A stretch of DNA of 64,000 nucleotides from Candidatus Hydrogenedentota bacterium. Its GTDB lineage: Bacteria > Hydrogenedentota > Hydrogenedentia > Hydrogenedentales > SLHB01. Positions 58,468 through 64,000 of the stretch are shown one piece after another. The position numbers and the translations under genes are program-made. The stretch is taken from assembly GCA_963674865.2 (NCBI GenBank), contig CAXXYE010000009.1:672001-736000 (forward strand), in the 5' to 3' direction. The notes under the pieces are model-generated. The model ran no database searches. It saw only the letters and a program-made list of their open reading frames with translations, and was not told where the DNA came from. Every line of letters begins with the position of its first letter. The first letter of the stretch is position 1.

Positions 58468-60492
58468 ATGAACGGCTCACAGGCTACGGGACAAGACGGC
58501 CCTTTCGGCAAGGCCTCAATCAGTTTTCGAATCGGCGCGCCGACTTGGCTGAACGAGGCGCGCTTCGAGGACTTGCTGGACCTTTTCGACCACAACGCAG
58601 GCGTGGTGGACGAGATCACGCTGTTCACTTCGGAAACGCATCCGCCCCTGCCTCTTGAGGTGATTTTCGAGCGGGCCCGCATTCTGAAGGCACGGATGGC
58701 TGCGGCCCGAGAACACGGCTACCGTTCTGGCATCAACGTGCTGGCCACGATAGGACATCACGAGGAGAACCTGCCCAATTCGCTCGCCGGCGACTTCACG
58801 CCCATGACGGATCAGGCCGGCAGCGTGTGCCGGGGATCGCTCTGCCCCAATGGCGAGAATCTCCGCGCGTACATCGTGCAAGTGTACGAAGCGGTTGCCA
58901 AGTCCGAGCCGGACTACATCTGGCTTGATGACGACATCCGGCTGGCAGGCCACAAACCCATCAGGAACTGCTGCTTCTGTGACACCTGTGTGCGGCTCTT
59001 CTCGGAGCGCGTCGGCCAATCATTCACGCGCGCTTCCCTCTATGATGTCTTCTCCGCCGGATCTATGTCGGACAGACTTCGACTGCGCCGGGCGTTGCTT
59101 CAACACAACCGGGACACGTTGAGCAACCTATTCCACCTGATCGAGTCTACCGTGCATGCCTTGTCGCCGGATATGCCGCTCGGATTTATGACGGGCGATC
59201 GCTTCTACGAGGGATACGATTTCGACACGTGGGCCGATGTGCTCGCCGGGCCTCAGAAATCATCGGTGCTATGGCGGCCGGGCGGCGGCACCTATACCGA
59301 TGAACGTTTGGTGGATATCGTCAACAAAGCTCATGATATCGGCAGGCAGACGGCGCTGTTGCCGGGCCACGTCCGCCGCATCCAATCCGAGGTGGAGAGT
59401 TTCCCCTATCAGCGCTTGAAGAAGAGCGTGCACGCCACCGCCCTCGAGGCGGCCACCTACATCGCCTCCGGATGCACTGGGGCGGCGTTCAACGTCCTGA
59501 CGCAGTATGACGAGCCGTTCGACGAGTACGTCCCCCTTGTCGCCCGTTTGCGTGAGGCCCGCCCCTTTCTGGATCACCTCGTGCAGGCCTTGGGCCGTGC
59601 GCCCCTCGTGGGAATTCACAGTGGCTGGGTGAAAGACACCTACGTGGCCAATAATCCTGAGGGCGGGTGGTTTGAATCATCCGCTACACCGCGGCACTGC
59701 GACGAGATATGGGGCACAGGATTGCCCGTGGCCTACGCAGCCGGACAGGCCTGCGTCACCGCGTGGTCGGGAGATCAAGTACTGGCCCTAACAGACGGAG
59801 AAATCAGGGCCGCACTCGCCGGGGGCGTATACCTCGACGGCCCGGCGCTCACGCGGCTCAATGAACTGGGCTATCGGGAATTGACAGGTTTCGAGGTCGC
59901 CGAAGTGCGTCACATAAACTGCATCGAGGAACTCACCGATCATCCGCTCAACGGAGTCTTCCACGGCCGGCGCCGCAACGGCCGGCAGTCTTTCTGGAAA
60001 TGCCCAACACACTTCTTCCGTTCAACTTGTGAAGGAACGCGGGCCCTGTCCCGTTGTCTGGATTACACTTACCAAGAGACGGGGTCCTGCTGCATGGGGG
60101 CGTACGAAAACAATGAAGGCGGCCGCGTCTGTGTGGCGGGATACTACCCCTGGGAGCAGTTGCAGAACCTCAGCAAGTCCGCGCAGATCAAAGCGGCCAT
60201 GCGCTGGCTGTCGCGGGATGCCCTTCCCGCCTATGTGGCGTCTTTCCACCGCATGAACCTATGGGTGCGCCGTCCCCGTGAGGGCGCCATCGTCATTGCA
60301 CTCCTGAACGCACACCTGGATTCCGCACAAGGCGTTGAACTCCTGGTGCACACCGAAGGCGACACACTGCACCTTACGACTATGCGTTGCGATCAGATCC
60401 AGGTGAAAGCCGATGGCGCTGACGGCCCGTACCGACGCTTCCTCTTGCCCAATCTTCCGCCGTGGGAACTTGCGTTGGCCGTCGTTGGGTAG
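58468..60492 (+). CDS. Hypothetical glycoside-hydrolase-like protein (TIM barrel with Cys cluster plus trimerisation-like domain)
   Basis: TIGH, LCP, IWLDDDIR, CCFCDTC, WRPGGG and GGVYLDG. Confidence 0.65.
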   Translation: MNGSQATGQDGPFGKASISFRIGAPTWLNEARFEDLLDLFDHNAGVVDEITLFTSETHPPLPLEVIFERARILKARMAAAREHGYRSGINVLATIGHHEENLPNSLAGDFTPMTDQAGSVCRGSLCPNGENLRAYIVQVYEAVAKSEPDYIWLDDDIRLAGHKPIRNCCFCDTCVRLFSERVGQSFTRASLYDVFSAGSMSDRLRLRRALLQHNRDTLSNLFHLIESTVHALSPDMPLGFMTGDRFYEGYDFDTWADVLAGPQKSSVLWRPGGGTYTDERLVDIVNKAHDIGRQTALLPGHVRRIQSEVESFPYQRLKKSVHATALEAATYIASGCTGAAFNVLTQYDEPFDEYVPLVARLREARPFLDHLVQALGRAPLVGIHSGWVKDTYVANNPEGGWFESSATPRHCDEIWGTGLPVAYAAGQACVTAWSGDQVLALTDGEIRAALAGGVYLDGPALTRLNELGYRELTGFEVAEVRHINCIEELTDHPLNGVFHGRRRNGRQSFWKCPTHFFRSTCEGTRALSRCLDYTYQETGSCCMGAYENNEGGRVCVAGYYPWEQLQNLSKSAQIKAAMRWLSRDALPAYVASFHRMNLWVRRPREGAIVIALLNAHLDSAQGVELLVHTEGDTLHLTTMRCDQIQVKADGADGPYRRFLLPNLPPWELALAVVG

Positions 60493-60675
60493 AAGCCATC
60501 TCAAGAACTCGTGAGAGTATGGACTGGCATGAAGCTCTTGTCCCGAGCGTGTTGATCGCCCCGGGCGAGGCTGCATAGTATGCCTCACAGGGCGGGCCAG
60601 GAATGGGCGCCAAGGGTGAGTTCCTCACGTGTCGCCCGCCGCACTTGGCATATCCCGACCAGGAGGAAGTGCAAT

Positions 60676-63270
60676 ATGCGTAGCAGAAGGCGAGGGCTAG
60701 CTTTGGCCGCCATCCTTTGTCTGGTAGGTGTTGCATGGCCCGTTGCGGCCTTGACCTTCGACAATATCGCGGTGGTCATCGGCGACGACGCGACGGAACT
60801 CGACCAGCGTTACGCGGGACTGCTCGCATCGCGGATCGCCGAGACAAGCAACGTTCAGGCACGCGTCCTGGCTGAGGCGCTGGCCCCGGAGTGCGCGGCC
60901 GGCGCGCTGACTGTCTATCTCGGCGTGCCTGAGCGTCATTCGAAACTGGCTGCCCTCTGCCAATCGCGAGGGGTGAAACGCCTGGATTGGCTTGATCCGG
61001 GGCACGAGGGATTCCACCTTGAGAGTTGGGCGGAAAATGGGAGGATTCAGGTGCTTGCAGCGGCCGCCGATCGGCGCGGGGTGTTGTATGCGGTGGGCGA
61101 ACTCCTGCGACAAATCACCTATCACGAGAATAGTGTCGAACTATCCCCCGGCGTCCGCGTGCGTACGGCGCCCGCATTTCGGATTCGCGGTACCGAGATT
61201 CAACAAGGGACAACCATGCGCGAGATTACCGGCGCCCGGGAGTGGACGGAGGGAGAACGGCAGCGTGTCTTCCTGGACTTCGCCCTGTCCGGGGCCAACG
61301 TGTTCAGCGGCGATTACGACTTTCTGAAGTCTTGGGGATTGCAGACGATGACGGCTGCCAGTCCGTCCATGGGGGAAGGCCCGGACGACTGGCGCGCCAC
61401 GGAGCCCATCGGCCGGACGACTCACTTGTGTCCATCCATCCCGGAAGCGCGTGAACACATCCTTGATGCCTGGCGTGATCGGGTGAAGAGCGCCCCGGAC
61501 TACGATTACCTTCGCTTCTACTCGGCGGATGGCGGCGGCTGCCTCTGCTGGAAATGCGATCCCTACGGCAAGACGTACATCCATATGTGCGAGGAAATGG
61601 CCAAGATTCTCCTTGAGTACAATCCGGACATCAAGATCATGGCCACGAACCAGGAGTTGTGCAACGCGGGCGAGCAGGCGATCTTCGACTACCTTGACGA
61701 GAAGCCTCGCGACTGGCTTTACGCGATCTCCTACGCGCCGGGATCGAATGCCATGGCGTGGACTTCGGCGCGGCGGCCCGAACATCGCATGGACCTCTTC
61801 GAGTATCCCGGATTCGGCTCGCTTGACGGCTACCTGCGCTACATGCTTCACATGCTGCCTCCGCGGCAGACTATCGTCATGTTCAGTGACGTCACGCACT
61901 GGGTGCGATCGCAGTACGGCCTGGTTGCCAATCATGTCCCGCCCGACCGCGATGGCCAACTCCCGCCACACTGGGCCTTCCCGGATTACCATATGCAGCC
62001 CGATCCCAGCCTGTTTCGGTTCTACAACCGGCGAAGCTTCTTCGCCCGGCCTAATTACTACTACCATGTATTCTGCGAAACCATGCGTTACGGCGAAGGC
62101 GACATCGTCTACTCAGAGGGGCAACATGATCACTTCAACCGGTGGTTGTGGATGAGATTGTTGTGGTCGCCCCATGCCGGTCTGGACGATCTCGTAAATG
62201 AGTATTGCTGTTTCTGGTTCGGCCCCGAAGCGGCGCCGTTGATGGCCCAGGCGCTCTTTCAGATGGAGGCCAATCTTCAGGCGCCTCTCGCCACTAACAA
62301 AGGCATCGGCCGCTACTACGAACTCGTCTGCAAGGCCGGCCGGAAAATGCCGGCATGGCGTATGAAGAGGGACTACCTCTGGCGGATGCATATGCAGAAG
62401 GCGTGCCTTGACAGATACATTCAGCTCCGCTTGCTGCGCCAGTCGGCGCAGGAGCGAAAGATCGAGAAGTGGTGCGCCCGAGCCCTCGAGTCCGGTGACC
62501 TCGCCGGCGCCGTCAAGAGGTCGCTCGCCCTGTTTGAGCGGGATATCGAAAGCGCGGAGATGAAGCAGCTTCGCGCCGAGGCCGACCGACTCGGTGACGA
62601 GTCCGACCGCATCTTCGGCGTCCGGCAGACTTGCTCAGCCAACGCGGACATAGACCTAATCGGCCTGGCCTGGACAAAGCGCCAGCTCCAGCGTGCCGAG
62701 GCGGCCCCGAGAGAGAGGGCCCGCGACCTGCTTCACGGCATCGCTCGCTACGAGGATCCGGGGGAAGGGGGCTTCTACGACAATCTCGGCGCATGGGAAG
62801 AGGGCCTGGCGCCTCACCTGGTGAGCGGCTGGAAGTATTCGTGCCGGCACAGCCCCCAGGCGTTCTCCAAAGGCAACCGGCTTTCGCAGAACAGCATGGC
62901 CGGCACGGCCGAGGAGGCCCGCGGCGTCGCGCTGGAGTACCATGGCTTGGACACGAGCACTCAGTACCAGGTCCGGTTCACCCTTGTCCGGCCTTTGCAC
63001 TTGCCGCGGTTTGCGGATCTTCAGTCGCAGAGTATGGAGTCCATTTACGCCGATGGCATCCCCTTGGCCGAAGACTTGGAACTCCCGGAGAACGTGGCGG
63101 AGCAGTTCGCGTTCGACGTGCCACGCGAGGCCACGCGGGATGGTTCTCTGACGATCCAGTTCGAGAAGGCCGAAGGTGTGGGCGAAATGGAGCGGCCCGA
63201 GCTTGAGCAATGGAAGAACACCGGCGGCTGGGGCACGCTGTGCTCCGAAGCCTGGCTCATGAAGAAGTGA
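60676..63270 (+). CDS. Secreted glycoside-hydrolase-like protein (GH67/GH20-type N domain)
   Basis: ATG at 60676 after AGGAGG; signal peptide; EGFHL, DRRGVLYAVGELLR, PAFRIRG and DGGGCLCWKC. Confidence 0.75.
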   Translation: MRSRRRGLALAAILCLVGVAWPVAALTFDNIAVVIGDDATELDQRYAGLLASRIAETSNVQARVLAEALAPECAAGALTVYLGVPERHSKLAALCQSRGVKRLDWLDPGHEGFHLESWAENGRIQVLAAAADRRGVLYAVGELLRQITYHENSVELSPGVRVRTAPAFRIRGTEIQQGTTMREITGAREWTEGERQRVFLDFALSGANVFSGDYDFLKSWGLQTMTAASPSMGEGPDDWRATEPIGRTTHLCPSIPEAREHILDAWRDRVKSAPDYDYLRFYSADGGGCLCWKCDPYGKTYIHMCEEMAKILLEYNPDIKIMATNQELCNAGEQAIFDYLDEKPRDWLYAISYAPGSNAMAWTSARRPEHRMDLFEYPGFGSLDGYLRYMLHMLPPRQTIVMFSDVTHWVRSQYGLVANHVPPDRDGQLPPHWAFPDYHMQPDPSLFRFYNRRSFFARPNYYYHVFCETMRYGEGDIVYSEGQHDHFNRWLWMRLLWSPHAGLDDLVNEYCCFWFGPEAAPLMAQALFQMEANLQAPLATNKGIGRYYELVCKAGRKMPAWRMKRDYLWRMHMQKACLDRYIQLRLLRQSAQERKIEKWCARALESGDLAGAVKRSLALFERDIESAEMKQLRAEADRLGDESDRIFGVRQTCSANADIDLIGLAWTKRQLQRAEAAPRERARDLLHGIARYEDPGEGGFYDNLGAWEEGLAPHLVSGWKYSCRHSPQAFSKGNRLSQNSMAGTAEEARGVALEYHGLDTSTQYQVRFTLVRPLHLPRFADLQSQSMESIYADGIPLAEDLELPENVAEQFAFDVPREATRDGSLTIQFEKAEGVGEMERPELEQWKNTGGWGTLCSEAWLMKK

Positions 63271-63299
63271 AAGAAAAGGGTCAGTCCGGCCCGGGCGTG

Positions 63300-64000
63300 T
63301 CACTCATCGCCGTCTTCGAGTACCCGCAGCACCAGTTCCGGATAGTTGCGCACAAAGGCCGCGCGCGAATTCTTGGCGACGGAAACCAGGATGGCCCGCG
63401 TCTTGGCTCTAACTGTGGCCATGTACTTGGCGCCCCGGAGATAGGGCGCCGGGTCAAGAAATCCGGCGAGCGGTGTCGCCGCCGCCACTTCCTCACCCGT
63501 TGCCTCGTCCTCCCGCACGACGGTGCCCGCGAGCAGTTGATACAGCGTGTCCGCCGGTTCGCCGCGCTTGTAGATCACTTCCTCGGGATTCTTGGTGATT
63601 CGCTGGACGTCCATGGCCAGGCGGCTGTGGTGTTCCTTGAGCACTTCATCCGCTTCGCGCAGCCGCTCCGTGAACTGCCGGCAGAGCACACGTGTCAGGA
63701 GGGGAAAGTCATCAATGATGATATCGATGTGCTCGGGCTTCAGTTGAAACGCGTGACAGGCGCCTGAACTCCTCACCGTTGCGCTTCGGAATCCTCCCCC
63801 GAAATACGCCATCTCGCCGACGAAAGTCGGCGCATCGATATCGCTTGTCTCGATGGACAATGCGTTGGGCTGAGGTGGACTGCCTTCCTTCGGGGCCTGT
63901 TCCACTACGTAGCTGCCCCTGACGAGCAGGTACGTGTCCGTGTCTTCCTCTCCTTCGCGGACAATGAGGTCGCCGTCCGAGAAGCGAACAGGAACGATAT
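63300..64000 (-). CDS. Tandem cyclic-nucleotide-binding domain protein (5' end outside the window)
   Basis: The frame stays open to the window edge (FSDGDLIVREGEEDTDTYLLVRG); VGEMAYF..GFRSATVR; a second, degenerate cNMP domain follows. Confidence 0.85.
   Translation of the reverse strand, partial: IVPVRFSDGDLIVREGEEDTDTYLLVRGSYVVEQAPKEGSPPQPNALSIETSDIDAPTFVGEMAYFGGGFRSATVRSSGACHAFQLKPEHIDIIIDDFPLLTRVLCRQFTERLREADEVLKEHHSRLAMDVQRITKNPEEVIYKRGEPADTLYQLLAGTVVREDEATGEEVAAATPLAGFLDPAPYLRGAKYMATVRAKTRAILVSVAKNSRAAFVRNYPELVLRVLEDGDE

Noticed and set aside
63300..64000. cNMP-binding protein as a Pycsar/CBASS-type effector linked to the defence cluster
   Set aside because: It is 14 kb away, has no TM or TIR effector domain in the visible part, has no cyclase in view, and is truncated by the window edge.

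Overview
High-GC bacterial DNA. The many large secreted CAZyme-like proteins and the membrane-anchored ECF sigma fusion suggest a Hydrogenedentota/PVC-like host (inference only). (1) Positions ~1-24746 look like the right part of a genomic island that ends at a tRNA-Glu 3' fragment. It holds a small, apparently decaying integron in which intI is co-oriented with two cassette genes and bracketed by tyrosine-recombinase-like att sites. It also holds two transposase remnants, a truncated methyltransferase and large glycan-degrading genes, including a pectin-lyase operon with unusual fusions. (2) Positions 24.9-36.7 kb and 49.9-64 kb are mostly CAZyme-like, esterase and metabolic genes plus a 1412-aa ECF sigma factor. 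(3) The most striking locus is 37472-49636, a co-oriented cluster: TIR-STAND ATPase (split by a 1-nt frameshift), 2TM channel-RCK-RCK-RyR, a small CxxC protein, DUF4062-NACHT-TPR with an exact 120-bp repeat array, and SLOG-SLATT. It reads as a candidate NLR-triggered, nucleotide-second-messenger immune system with two membrane effectors. No rRNA, intact tRNA, CRISPR array or reverse transcriptase was seen. All domain calls come from motif recognition by eye, not database searches.
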